From Anthoceros angustus (lineage: Eukaryota > Plantae > Anthocerotophyta): a stretch of DNA of 64,000 nucleotides. How positions within the stretch are numbered: position 1 is the stretch's first letter; every line of letters begins with the position of its first letter. Made by a program: the position numbers and the translations under genes. Of this stretch, positions 25,561 to 36,430 are shown one piece after another. A model generated the notes under the pieces. It saw only the letters and a list, made by a program, of their open reading frames with translations. It was not told the DNA's origin and ran no database searches. Location: positions 42,849 through 106,848 of the forward strand of contig MU008230.1 of assembly GCA_010909165.1 (NCBI GenBank), given 5' to 3'.

Positions 25561-26889
25561 CCCTCCTTACCTCCTACTATATAATTTTACTTCATGATAT
25601 TAACTACAATATTTCTGTAATCTTACTACAAATATTTACTATAAAATATTACTCTGGTCTTTTTCTACAACGGAGATTTACAAGCGGTACCCGAATTTAC
25701 AGCAATTTGTCGGATTACTTAACCGTGATGAATTAACTATGGTCAACATGTGATTAACCAAACCCACTCATTTAATTACGGTTAATATATTGTAGTTAGC
25801 TAATCTCGGTCAACTAACCATTATTTTTAACCACGATAAGGCCAGTATTAAAGTCCGTGGTTGTTCAACGTAGTAAATACTGTGGTAAAAGCTATGGTAA
25901 TTTAAAGATTAACTAATATACGGTAGACTTCATTAACGTACTCCGTACATACTTCGTATAGAATACACAATATAGCCATCATATACGATGTACTGGACTT
26001 TACCACGGACACTAATGCTATGTGTTTACTACTGACGTTTTACTCCGGGAGTAGTAATGACCATTGTAAAAGCCGTAGTAATGTCCGTGGTAAAAGTATA
26101 CTTTTCCTAGTAGTGATGTATATATGTGTGGGGTGGATGTCATGGCCCCATGAGCGATGAGTGCGGAATGAAGACAAGCGTTAATTAAGGCTCCGATTAA
26201 GATCTCTCGGGCAAGGCCAAGACATGGCTCTTCTAATCCAAGTGGTGATTAAGGCTCAAGCGGTGGAGGCTACAAAGGGCAGCATCGTCATTGATCAAGC
26301 GGATTGTTGATGTCCGTGAGGAGAATGACCACACAGATCCCAAGCTCTCAAACGCGTCTTGCAGGAGCGATTTTCAGCAGTGATGTGTGTAGGAGATGGT
26401 GACCACTTAAAGACTAGATTTTTGCACATCAATAATCCCTGCTGACGAAGCCGCACAAGAATAGCAACGTGACTCGAAGGGCTCGAAAGAGCAGCCCAAG
26501 ATTTGAGCGGAAGGCTGAGAAGAGGACGCAGAATCACCACACAGCTAAGTCCATGGTGGATTACCGGTGAAAGCACTTTGGATTATTTACTGTTGTTTTA
26601 TGCAGGCAGATCTAGTCAAGAGGGGCCAATCTAGCGGAGCTGGAAAATCGATGCCTCCTTTTTTGACATGAGCAGGCCTTCCAGCCATTAACGTGTATAC
26701 ATCTTCATCCGAGTCATAGTCATCTGCCGAAGCACACGGGCCTTTTGTTGTGCTCACACTCCTGGCCAGCTGCTCTTGCAGCCGTTGCACCTCATTGAGC
26801 AATGCCTTCCGAGTGTAGCTCACACCCGGTTTCTGCTTGTCTGCTACTCGGTCACCTAGGCCCTTGGGCTTGAGTTCATGATGAGCTTG

Positions 26890-27322
26890 TGTTAACTGCT
26901 GTTTTGCAAGCTTTAAAGCAACAAAATAAGTTTCGAAAATCAGCTAAAGCGAAAGAATTAAGCAAAGATCAAAGTATAATTGCCTTAATTAGATTAAGCT
27001 TAACTCACATTGAGTTAGCATTAACTTGCAGTTTAGCTAGAGTTAGCGGCTATATAAGTTGGCTTTTCGGCAGTTTTTAGTTCAGTATGAGATTGTGAGC
27101 TCAGAGAGAGCTACACAGAGAGCACAGGAGAGAGAGATTGGTGACCCGTGGAGGGTTCTGAGATTGTGATATTGAGAGCCAAAGCGCTAGAGATTAATAA
27201 GAGAATTGAGCATTGTACTTGTGTTTGTGAGAAAGTGAGCGTTGTTGTGATGTTGGATGCTGGATTGCATATTTTCTGCGGGAATCCCTATGTTTGATAA
27301 CCTGGGAATACTTCTAGCTACA
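26890..27322 (+). repeat. 5' LTR (433 bp, TG...CA) with TATA box
   Basis: tgttaactg...tagctaca; ctatataag at ~27050; the first 226 bp match 32188-32413 with 6 substitutions and no indels (hand count). Confidence 0.92.
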
Positions 27323-27325
27323 TTT

Positions 27326-27342
27326 TGGCGCCGTTGCCGGGA
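27326..27342 (+). promoter_or_regulatory. Primer binding site, Athila type (tRNA-Asp)
   Basis: TGGCGCCGTTGCCGGGA, 3 nt after the LTR end. Confidence 0.9.
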
Positions 27343-27469
27343 TTCGTCTGCGAGAAATGCAAAGAGGAGTTCAGCGTGCAATTGTGTGTGTGAATTTGAA
27401 GAGATGAGAAAAACATTGAGTGATTAAAAATCAAAAGAGAGGAAGAGAAGAGAAGAGAGAGTAGAAGAG

Positions 27470-27848
27470 AGGAAAGGAGAGGAAAGGAGAGGAAAGGAGA
27501 GGAAAGGAGAGGAAAGGAGAGGAAAGGAGAGGAAAGGAGGAGGAAAGGAGAGGAAAGGAGAGGAAAGGAGAGGAAAGGAGAGGAAAGGAGAGGAAAGGAG
27601 AGGAGGAGAGGAAAGGAGAGGAAAGGAGAGGAAAGGAGAGGAAAGGAGAGGAAAGGAGAGGAAAGGAGAGGAAAGGAGAGGAAAGGAGAGGAGGAGGAAA
27701 GGAGAGGAAAGGAGAGGAAAGGAGAGGAAAGGAGAGGAAAGGAGAGGAGAGGAGGAAAGGAGAGGAAAAGAGGAGGAAAGGAGAGGAAAGGAGAGGAAAG
27801 GAGAGGAACGGAGAGGAACGGAGAGGAAAGGAGAGGAAAGGAGAGGAA
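27470..27848. repeat. (GGAGAGGAAA)n polypurine tandem repeat in the element leader
   Basis: Directly visible 10-bp units. Confidence 0.97.
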
Positions 27849-28609
27849 AAGAGAAGAAGGAGAAAGAAGAAGAGAAGGAAAAAAAAAAGGGAGAAGAGAA
27901 GAAGAAAGAAGGAAAAAGAAAAAGAAAAAAATGCAGGATCCTACACGCATCCGAATTAGCGAGCGCAAGAACGCCTCCGGCAGTGCGACCTGCGGCAAAC
28001 GAGCAGCACCAGCAATCGCAGCGCGCACAACAGCGCCATGCTGCCGGGGCGTCAACTGTAGTAGGCCGGGGCACGCAAATCGAGGGCACACAGAACGGCA
28101 GCGGCAGGCTGCTTGGCACACAGCAGCCGGCTAGCAGCACTTCCAGAGATTGGAAGGGGCGAGACGATCCCGCCGCGCGACAGCGAGGGCGGTTATTTTC
28201 GAAAGCGCTCCTACGACCTCGGCTTGGGGGGCTGTGGATGAGGCGAGCGTGATTGGGAAAGGCACGCCAAGCTGGTGGTTTGGCATTTGGCGGCTCCAGA
28301 TCGGAAGGGTTTGAACTCGAGGTGCGAGCTTCCAGCAAGTTATGCACGAGATTGTAGGAGCCGCGTTCATCTGGATTTGGTTGTGGAGTGATGCTTGAGG
28401 TTGAGCCTAGTTCCACGGGCTTAGCCCAGGGTTTCGCTGCTAACCGGATCTATGTTGTTGCATGGTTGGCGATGGAAGTGACAGCTCTCTCCTCGGTTTA
28501 GTAGTTGCCCTTGTGCTGGTGGTCTGGAATGCCTGATTTTGGAAGCAGAAGAGCTTACCGTAAGGGTTCTATTTCCTGCTGCCCTACAAGATGTTAGTGG
28601 ATTACCGAA

Positions 28610-31282
28610 ATGGAAGTGGACTACAGCTACAAAGCTCGAGATCGAAAGGATCTTTACGAATCCTATGTTACAGTCGACGGAGGGAAGCAGGTCAAGCATT
28701 TGCGAGAAGCCATATGGAAGAAGTCCATGGCCACTTTTCAGGATTTCGAAGGTATCAAGGGGGACGAGCACCTCCGTCTGTGGAAGAAGAGCGATGGAAA
28801 ATCCCTGGAGCTGCCCACGAAGTTATCAGCAGCGTTTAAGGATGATGAAGACAAGAATGTTTCTGTCACCCCTGTTGGGGCAGAAAAGTGGAATGATGCT
28901 TTTGTTGTCAGTGACCGTCAGAAGGCAGGAAAATGGGATACTCCGATGGCGCAAACAGATGTTAAGGAGGAGCTCATTCGTGTCTTTGGTGATCGTATTC
29001 GACACGCAAGGACCTTACTTCCAACTTCCAACAATCGTCTGCTAGATAGTGAGTTGCCGTTGAAGCCTGACCAGTCTTTACTCGATGATATTGGGCAGTA
29101 CTTCCCTCTACAATGTCGGAAGTCTTCGTTCCGTGCAGCACTTTATAGTACTATTAAAGTTTTTCAGTTGTTCATGAGAGAGCCAGCCTCTCTGCATTGC
29201 TCCGATGAACTGACAGAAGCCATGTGGAAGAGAAATGGGCTTTTGATGATGCTTATTGCATACCCGGGTAGTGGGAAGACTACATTTGGGAAGGCGCTAC
29301 GGGATCTTCTTGTGGTAGACATGGATAATTACAACAAGGGTCAACCATCCTGTCTGGCTGAATGTCTCAAACACTTTAAGCCGCAACTGGAATGTGATTT
29401 CAAACAGATGATCAAGAATTCTCTGAAGCACAACTTCGCGCTCCACCACACTTTGCATGCGGACGCGGGTGCTGTTATGCATTTGGAAAAAGGTCTGAGC
29501 GCACGAAATATACTAGGCTTGAGGGTGTTTTACTCTACCTTTGGATTGGATGCCAGGCACGGTTATATGGATTTTTTAGATGAGATATATTTACTTGGTA
29601 AGGGTGTCCTCACAGCTGTGGACTTGCAAATGGTGTTTGAGATTATTCGTGGAGTCTTACGAGTACCTGCGCATGAGAGGATACTCCTCCTCTTGTTTTT
29701 TGATGAAGTAAATGCTGCTCGAAGAAGGCTGGGCTGGATACCTGGAAGGGAGCAGTTGGAGGATGGGCTGTCCGATGATGATCAGACAACATGGGCTCAA
29801 CAACTGTTCTCGGAGTACATCAGTCATCTGAGTGACACGCGCCAGGGAATGACGTTACCCATTTTATTTGGTGCTACAACAAGGCACTCCGCTGCCAGTC
29901 TCAAATTCACTGAAAGTGGCAGCACACGCTCCTACTTGATCCCCCTGCCACCTCTGTCTCAACAAGCTACAAAGGAGATGGTGATAGCGTTGCACCGAAG
30001 GTTGGAGCTGACTATGGCAAAGTCCACCCAAGTCTGGGATGTTCCACAGCATGTGAAGGACCTTCTCCAGATCTGTGGGGGGATGCCACGGCTTTTGGCG
30101 TATGCATTCAGAGCCTTACTGCTCAAATCTGATGACAGTCGTATTGGCCCTGAAGAGCTATTAAACGCTTTGGAAAAGACCTCTGTCAACGCACCTGACA
30201 TGCGCAGAGTGACAACGAAATTAGAGCGCATGGTTTTTGACAAGGTGGTGTTCAGATCTTACGTAAATGTAAAGAAGTTTCCAGTGCTGGAAAGGGCTTT
30301 TGGTATTTCTATATTGGGAAGGATGGTGCGTCGGAAGGATCAGGTTCTTCATCCCTTTTGCGATAGATGGGGCGACTTAGAAGCGCAAGGTGTGGTTCTC
30401 CTGAATTTAACTAACCACAGTGAACATCATCGGAGGAAGAGGCTGCGGATGAATGAGGAGAAGCAGGAAGTAACAGAACGTAAAGTTGTTCTAACTGTCG
30501 TTGGGGGCAACGAGTTCATGGAGGAAGACACCGATGTGCCTGACACGACGGATGTTGGGTCAGTAGAAGTCCATGTGTCCTTCTGCCCTCTCATGCTGAA
30601 ATATATTGTGGAATATCAAGAGGAAGAGTACATTTCATTGTGGCCAGAGATGTGGCAAACGGCGGATTGGAGGACTAAGGAGGAGGCTGATATCTTAACG
30701 TTGCTATTCAAGTTACGGCTGATGAAACAGTTTGGTCAGAACAAGTTTCGACTTACGGATCTCCTGCCTCGGGGTATTCGTATTCCTGTTGGGTTGACAG
30801 AGCTCTGCCTGAACATCCCAGATGTTTTTGTGCGACCAAAACCCATACCTGACGCAGGAAGCAATGACTGTTGGGCTTTCATGGGAAGGACTAACTATGG
30901 CGCAGACTCTATGATATTCCTGACTCAGAAAAGTGAGAGTCGTGGGAACGACGCCAACATCAGTCTCATCATCGAAAGCAAAAAACGGGTGGAGGCGGCG
31001 ACAGTGTCGTTGAACTCTATTATGAGGAAGCAAAAACATGTGACAGCGAAGCATAAACACCTTCTCGATGCCCGGGGGTCGTTAAAAAACATTTTTCTGT
31101 ACATCACGGATGAAAAGTTGATCAACAAAGACAATTCGAGGTCTGGTGAATCTCCAGGGAGCGATCTAATGGAGAACCTGATTGTGTGGGATGCTAGCGT
31201 TTTAGACGAAGGGCCTCTACACGCCCTTGCAGCGTTAAGGCACTACAAGTACTTGTTCCAGGAAGAAAGTAGCACAAGTTAG
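28610..31282 (+). CDS. Crinkler/RHS-type (CR) protein: ubiquitin-like header, P-loop NTPase and PD-(D/E)xK restriction-endonuclease-fold domain, 890 aa
   Basis: Uninterrupted ORF. Header VTVDGGKQVKHLREAI...HLRLWKK; Walker A AYPGSGKT (~29258); Walker B LLLFFDE (~29684); CGGMPRLL (~30074); basic RRKRLR (~30430); nuclease-like ADSMIFL...IIESKK (~30900-30985). Family assigned by motif recognition, not by search. Confidence 0.82.
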   Translation: MEVDYSYKARDRKDLYESYVTVDGGKQVKHLREAIWKKSMATFQDFEGIKGDEHLRLWKKSDGKSLELPTKLSAAFKDDEDKNVSVTPVGAEKWNDAFVVSDRQKAGKWDTPMAQTDVKEELIRVFGDRIRHARTLLPTSNNRLLDSELPLKPDQSLLDDIGQYFPLQCRKSSFRAALYSTIKVFQLFMREPASLHCSDELTEAMWKRNGLLMMLIAYPGSGKTTFGKALRDLLVVDMDNYNKGQPSCLAECLKHFKPQLECDFKQMIKNSLKHNFALHHTLHADAGAVMHLEKGLSARNILGLRVFYSTFGLDARHGYMDFLDEIYLLGKGVLTAVDLQMVFEIIRGVLRVPAHERILLLLFFDEVNAARRRLGWIPGREQLEDGLSDDDQTTWAQQLFSEYISHLSDTRQGMTLPILFGATTRHSAASLKFTESGSTRSYLIPLPPLSQQATKEMVIALHRRLELTMAKSTQVWDVPQHVKDLLQICGGMPRLLAYAFRALLLKSDDSRIGPEELLNALEKTSVNAPDMRRVTTKLERMVFDKVVFRSYVNVKKFPVLERAFGISILGRMVRRKDQVLHPFCDRWGDLEAQGVVLLNLTNHSEHHRRKRLRMNEEKQEVTERKVVLTVVGGNEFMEEDTDVPDTTDVGSVEVHVSFCPLMLKYIVEYQEEEYISLWPEMWQTADWRTKEEADILTLLFKLRLMKQFGQNKFRLTDLLPRGIRIPVGLTELCLNIPDVFVRPKPIPDAGSNDCWAFMGRTNYGADSMIFLTQKSESRGNDANISLIIESKKRVEAATVSLNSIMRKQKHVTAKHKHLLDARGSLKNIFLYITDEKLINKDNSRSGESPGSDLMENLIVWDASVLDEGPLHALAALRHYKYLFQEESSTS

Positions 31283-32173
31283 ATAGGCGACAATTATTCT
31301 TTTTCTGAGCGGGGGCAGGATCACGTGACAATTGCCTTGCTTTCCAGAGCTGCTGCTGTTGTGGCCATTCTGTCATCCGGGCATGTGTTTGGCCGTTCTG
31401 TCATGTAGTAGACAAGACGGTGCATGGTAGGCAACGGAGCTTGCACGCTAATGCATTGTAGGTAGCCAGCAGTTCCAGCAAAGTGAACTAGTGAACTACG
31501 CCTGAAACTTTTGATGTACCAGGAAATCGAAGTGGTTATTGTTTGCCTTTATTTGGAACTCTAACAATGTTGCTGAAAAATATGAAAATATGAGAAAAAA
31601 GGAGCATGAAAAAATAAGCAAGAAAAAAGCATCGGAACAGGAATAACAAAATACTTCACGGTTTTTTATGAAGGGAAGAAGTTTTTAATGTTTTTATGTG
31701 GCACAATTATATCTTGAGGAAGAAGAATCAATTCTCAATTCTAAAATAACATGGTTATTAAGGGTGCATGTGAAATTCTATACCAAGGCAAAACCAAATA
31801 CCCTAAATCAAGGCGATGTTGGGGCAAGGCTGCATTTTGTTTTGTCGCTGCGAGGAGAAAGTCATGTGCCGAGAGAACAGTTTCGGGATGGTTTGTCCCT
31901 GTTAGGCCTAATGAGTGAATCCTAGTGGGATGGTGGGATGGACATCTGTTGTTTGATTGGTTTTCCAAATTTTCAAGTTCAGCAGCACTCAAACTCAAAG
32001 ATCTCTTTAGTCCAAGAACAATCCAGACTCTTCATGGGAAGCCAGCTCACTACTCCACTCTCAGAAGCTAAGCTTATGCAAATCAAAGAATGCACTCAAT
32101 GAAGGCTACGTAACCCTGTGAAGGGTGAGATCATCAGCAATAATCACTCGACAGTCAACAAGGCCTACGGATA

Positions 32174-32413
32174 AATTGGGGAGAGTATGTTAACTGCTTT
32201 TTTGCAAGCTTTAAAGCAACAAAATAAGTTTCGAAAATCAGCTAAAACGAAAGAATTAAGCAAAGATCAAAGTTTAATTGCCTTAATTAGATTAAGCTTA
32301 ACTCACATTGAGTTAGCATTAACTTGCAGTTTAGCTAGGGTTAGCGGCTATATAAGTTGGCTTTTCGGCAGTTTTTAGTTCAATATGAGATTGTGAGCTA
32401 AGAGAGAGCTACA
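32174..32413 (+). repeat. PPT and truncated 3' LTR (32188-32413)
   Basis: aattggggagag two bases before tgttaactg; match to the 5' LTR stops at gagagctaca. Confidence 0.9.
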
Positions 32414-34351
32414 ACATCAAATTCAAAATCGTCACCACTACCAGTAAGCCGGTGTTTCGAAGAAGGCATAAGCTGAGCCCCATGGAATGGGACATCGTGG
32501 ACAGACGCTGCAAGGAAATTGCAGCAGGTGGACTGATCCGGGAATCGAGCTCGCAATATGCTGCAGCCACGGTCCTGCCATTAAAGAAAGATGAGGATGG
32601 CGAATGGAAAGACAGACGGATGTGTGGAGACTATCGAGCACTGAATGAGGTGACGCCCGTGGAGCGATATCCGATGCCCACATCGAGGAAGAAGATAAGT
32701 GCAAGACAGCCTTCTGGGGTAAGGAGCAATTATGGGAATGGGAGACGATGCCGTTATTGTTGAAGAACGCATCCATCTACTTTCAACGAGTAGCAGACTT
32801 GGAGTTACAAGGGCTACCATTTGTGAGATGTTACATCGATGACATTCTAGTATTCAGCAATAGTTTAGAGGAGCATATTCAACATCTCGAAACGCTGCTA
32901 CAGAGGCTATCTAACTCAGGGCTGAAGGCACATCCAAAGAAATGAAAGTTTGCCTACAAAGAAATCGAATACCTTGGTCATAAGATCGTCCCAGGTGGTG
33001 TACTACCACAGTTGGCAAAGGTGCAAGCTGTTAATCTCATGCCTAGGCCACAGGATGTTGCTGCCCTGAGAGCGTTTCTAGGACTCGTTAACTAGTATCG
33101 TCGCTTCATAAAGAACATGAGCAGCACGCAGTCGCGTATGTTAAAAGGAGTGCAATGGCAGTGGGAGCAGGAACATGAACATGCTTGGCAGGAACTGAAG
33201 GCACAACTATCAGAAAGGCCCATGCTCAGGAGGCCTGACTTTGACAAACCATTTATCCTATACAGTTAGATGCGGCGAATGGTGCTTGCATGATGGATGG
33301 GGAAGGAAGAGAACGAGTAGTTGCGTATGCAAGCAGATCTAATAATTCCGCCGGATCCAACCACTCATCTTATGAGGGAGAGTGTCTAGCCGCTGTGTGG
33401 GCAGTTTTACACTTCAGAATCTATTTGTTTGGCAGAAGTTTCCAGCTCGTCACCAATCACCAGCCATTACACTGGCTGATGACGAACATGAAGTTGAGTG
33501 GCAAGATTGCGAGGTGGGCACTACTACTGTCAGAGTATGATATGCACATAGTGCATCGAGCAAGAAAGGTGCACCACAATGCTGATGGACTTAGCAGAAA
33601 CCCACTGTGCAATGATAGGGATACGACTGGTGCACGACAGGATTTCGGGTATGCTCATCATATGCCAAGTTTGTATATGGCACTTTCGGGACGCGGGCGG
33701 AAGGAGAAGAACTTCGTCGAATGCAGACAATACGTTGAAGGATGGGCGGTATGAGTGCGGATCATGACAATTCAAAGATTGACGAAGACCATGCGTTACA
33801 CATGGAGGGATGGCAAACTGTTCATGATTGATCATGGGGTGAGTAAAGAAGTGCCTCCCGTAGAGGAACGAGAGCAGATAGTGACCAAGGTGCATAGGAC
33901 ACTTGGACATTTCGGCGTGAAACGGACACATCACATGCTAAAGAGTGCATACTTTTGGTCACGAATGTATGCTGATGTTGAACGAGTAGTGGCGAGGTGT
34001 GCTGCTTGTGATGCAGTCAAGGCAAGGTTCAATAGCCAGGACGTGGTGTTACATTCACTTCTCATCAGAGGACTATTCTTCCGATGGTCCGTTGATCTAA
34101 TGCCTGAGCTACCATTGACCAAGCAAGGCAACAAACATTGCATGCTCATGATAGAACATTTCTCAAAATGGGTGGAACTGGCATTTCTTCCAGCTAGAAC
34201 CTCGCAGTACACGGCCCGGGCATTTCTACAGTGTGTTCTGAGTAGGTATGGAAGCTGTGCAGAGGTGTTGACAGATGAAGGGAACGAATTCAGGGGTGAA
34301 TTTCAAGAGTTGTTGGATAGGAGTTTGATAGATCACGGGCTTCGGTGGTGA
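32414..34351 (+). mobile_element. Ty3/Gypsy pol fragment 1 (RT, RNase H, integrase), decayed
   Basis: RMCGDYRALN, CYIDDILVFS, VVAYASRS...ECLAAVWA, H2C2 finger HRTLGHFG...CAAC, WSVDL; ends shortly before the N at 34380. Confidence 0.93.
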
Positions 34352-34380
34352 TCATGGGCGGGCTGGAAGCGGCGGCGCTN

Positions 34381-36430
34381 TGCCTTCCTGGCGTTGGACT
34401 TTCGATCTGGTTTCAATCAAATCGTCATCGAGGAAGAAGACAAATGCAAGACATCATTCTGAGGTAAGGAGCAGTTATGGCAATGGGAGATGATGCCATT
34501 TGGATTGAAGAACGCATCCATTTACTTTCAATGAGTAGCGGACTTGGAGTTACAGGGGCTACCATTTGTGAGGTGTTACATCTATGACATTTTGGTATTC
34601 AGCAATAGTTTGGAGGAGCATATTCAACACCTTGAAAGCGCTTATTGCAGGCTATCTAGCTTTCGGGGAGAATTTGAGAATCCAAAAAGTGGCGTTTGCC
34701 TACAAAGAGATAGAATACCTTGGTCATAAGATCGTCCCAGGTGGCATGCTACCACAGTTGGCAAAGGTGCAAGCTGTTAATCTCATGCCTAGGCCACGGG
34801 ATGTTGCTACTCTGAGAGCGTTTCTAGGACTCGTTAACTACTATCGTCACTTCATAAAGAACATGAGCAGCACCTGCAAAGTGTTGTATGAGTTGTTGAA
34901 AAAGGGGATGCAATGGCAATGGGAGCAGGAACATGAATAGGCATGGCGGCTGAAGCAGTGTTGTGAGAGGCCCATGCTCGGAAGGCTGGTGCGACAAAGC
35001 GTTTGTCCTATACAGTTGGGTCGCGGTAGGAATTAACATTCTTGCAGGTGGATGGGGAAGGAAGAGAATGAGTCATTGCGTATGCAAGCAGATCTAATAA
35101 TTCCGCCAAATCCAACTACTCATCTTATGAGGGAGAGTGTCTAGCGGCCTTGTGGGCAGTTTTACACTTCAGAATCTATTTGTTTGGTAGAAGTTTCTAG
35201 CTCGTGACCGATCATCAGCCATTACACTAGTTGATGACGAACATGAAGCTGAGTGGCAAGCTTGCGAGGTGGGCACTACTACTATCAGAATATGATATGC
35301 ACATAGTGCATCGAGCAGGAAAGGTGCACCACAATGCTGATGGACTTAGCAGAAACCCAATGCGCAATGATAGGGACACGACTGGGGCACGACAAGATTT
35401 TGGATATGCTCACCAAGTGCCAAGTTTGTACATGGCACTCATGGCCACGGAGCAGGAAGGAGAAGGACAGCTCGTCGAAGGCGGACGGGACATATGGAAG
35501 CATGGGCCAGCCATACAGCTATTGAAGGATGGACAGATAGGTAGTATGGATGTTGCAGCAATTCAAAGACTGCAACGAAAGACTATGCATTACACATGGA
35601 GGGATGGCAAGCTGTTTGTGACAGATCATGGGACGAGTAAAGAGGTGCCGCCCATAAACTGAGTAGATATGGAGGCTGTGCAGAGGTGTTGATAGATCAA
35701 GGGAAAAATTCAGGGGTGAGTTTCAAGCATTGTTGGATAGGAGTTTGATAGATCATAGACGCACGTCACGAGACCATCCTTAAGCGGATGGTTTGGCCGA
35801 ACGGCTGGTGCAAACTTTCAAAGATGCTCTTGGCAGTCGCACAGGTCGAGCCCAATTTTAGGATGAGTTCTTTGTATGCCTTGCCTCTGATTCATTGTCA
35901 CAGCGGCGTTGGGCAATTTCAGCCCATATTATATCATGTTTGGCAGGAACGCTATATTGCCAAACATAGTGGCAGACACGTATTCCAGACCAGTGAATTG
36001 GGCACAAAATGTGGATGAATGCTTCTCAGAGCTACGAAACAGAGCCAAACTGTTACAACGTGTAATACCAATGGCAATGGACAACTTGGCTATCGCACAA
36101 CATCGAGATCAATTGAGATATGCATTTACTCAAGGGGGATCGTGGAAGCCAAAGGCCAAGAAATTCGAAGTAGGTGACTTCGTGTATCTTCAGCATCGCC
36201 CTTCTGGCTTTTTGGATGTGAGCACAGGATGATTGATTTTGCGAGTGGTGAATATTGGTGAGCAAGGGGTCGTCGAGTTGAAGGAGGCCACCAATCGATC
36301 TTCCGTGTGAACATTGTGGCCAGGTCACAGACCCGGAACTTATGCTTTTATGTGACTAGTGCAACCAAGGGCATCACGTATTTTGCCTTCGGCCCCCACT
36401 GAAGGTGAATGGTTCTGCCATAAGTGCTCA
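34381..36430 (+). mobile_element. Ty3/Gypsy pol fragment 2 (same family) with a C-terminal PHD finger
   Basis: Repeats the RT and RNase H of fragment 1; integrase partly deleted; CEHC...LLCD*CNQGHHVFCL.PPL..GEWFCHKC at 36306-36428; PPT-like gtggggggaa near 36560. Confidence 0.9.

Larger units (their letters stand above)
20773..26115. mobile_element. Possible non-autonomous CACTA element carrying nested insertions
   Basis: CACTACTA at 20773 and TAGTAGTG ending at 26115, both flanked by ATG (candidate 3-bp TSD). The right end has ccgtggtaa/ttaccacgg subterminal repeats (~25720-26100). The termini match exactly for only 8 bp. Confidence 0.5.
26890..32413 (+). mobile_element. Non-autonomous Athila-like LTR retroelement carrying a Crinkler-like cargo gene
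   Basis: 5' LTR, Athila-type PBS, a single cargo ORF, PPT and a truncated 3' LTR; no gag or pol motifs inside; no TSD visible. Confidence 0.88.

Noticed and set aside
24498-25736. Long Pro/His/Ile and Gly/Trp/Met ORFs (up to 350 aa)
   Set aside because: They are translations of the CCCAT microsatellite, which has no stop codons.
26295-26889. Minus-strand ORF fragments cut by the 5' LTR, considered as the other half of the Gypsy pol at 32414
   Set aside because: Opposite orientation and no TSD; the identity is unresolved.
27318-28416. 267-aa and 330-aa minus-strand ORFs with SSPFLSFPLL repeats
   Set aside because: Artefacts of the GGAGAGGAAA tandem repeat.
26889-32378. Near-identical 63-aa ORFs at 26889 and 32187 (possible antitoxin or peptide pair)
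   Set aside because: They are the LTR sequence read from its first bases; there is no evidence of coding.
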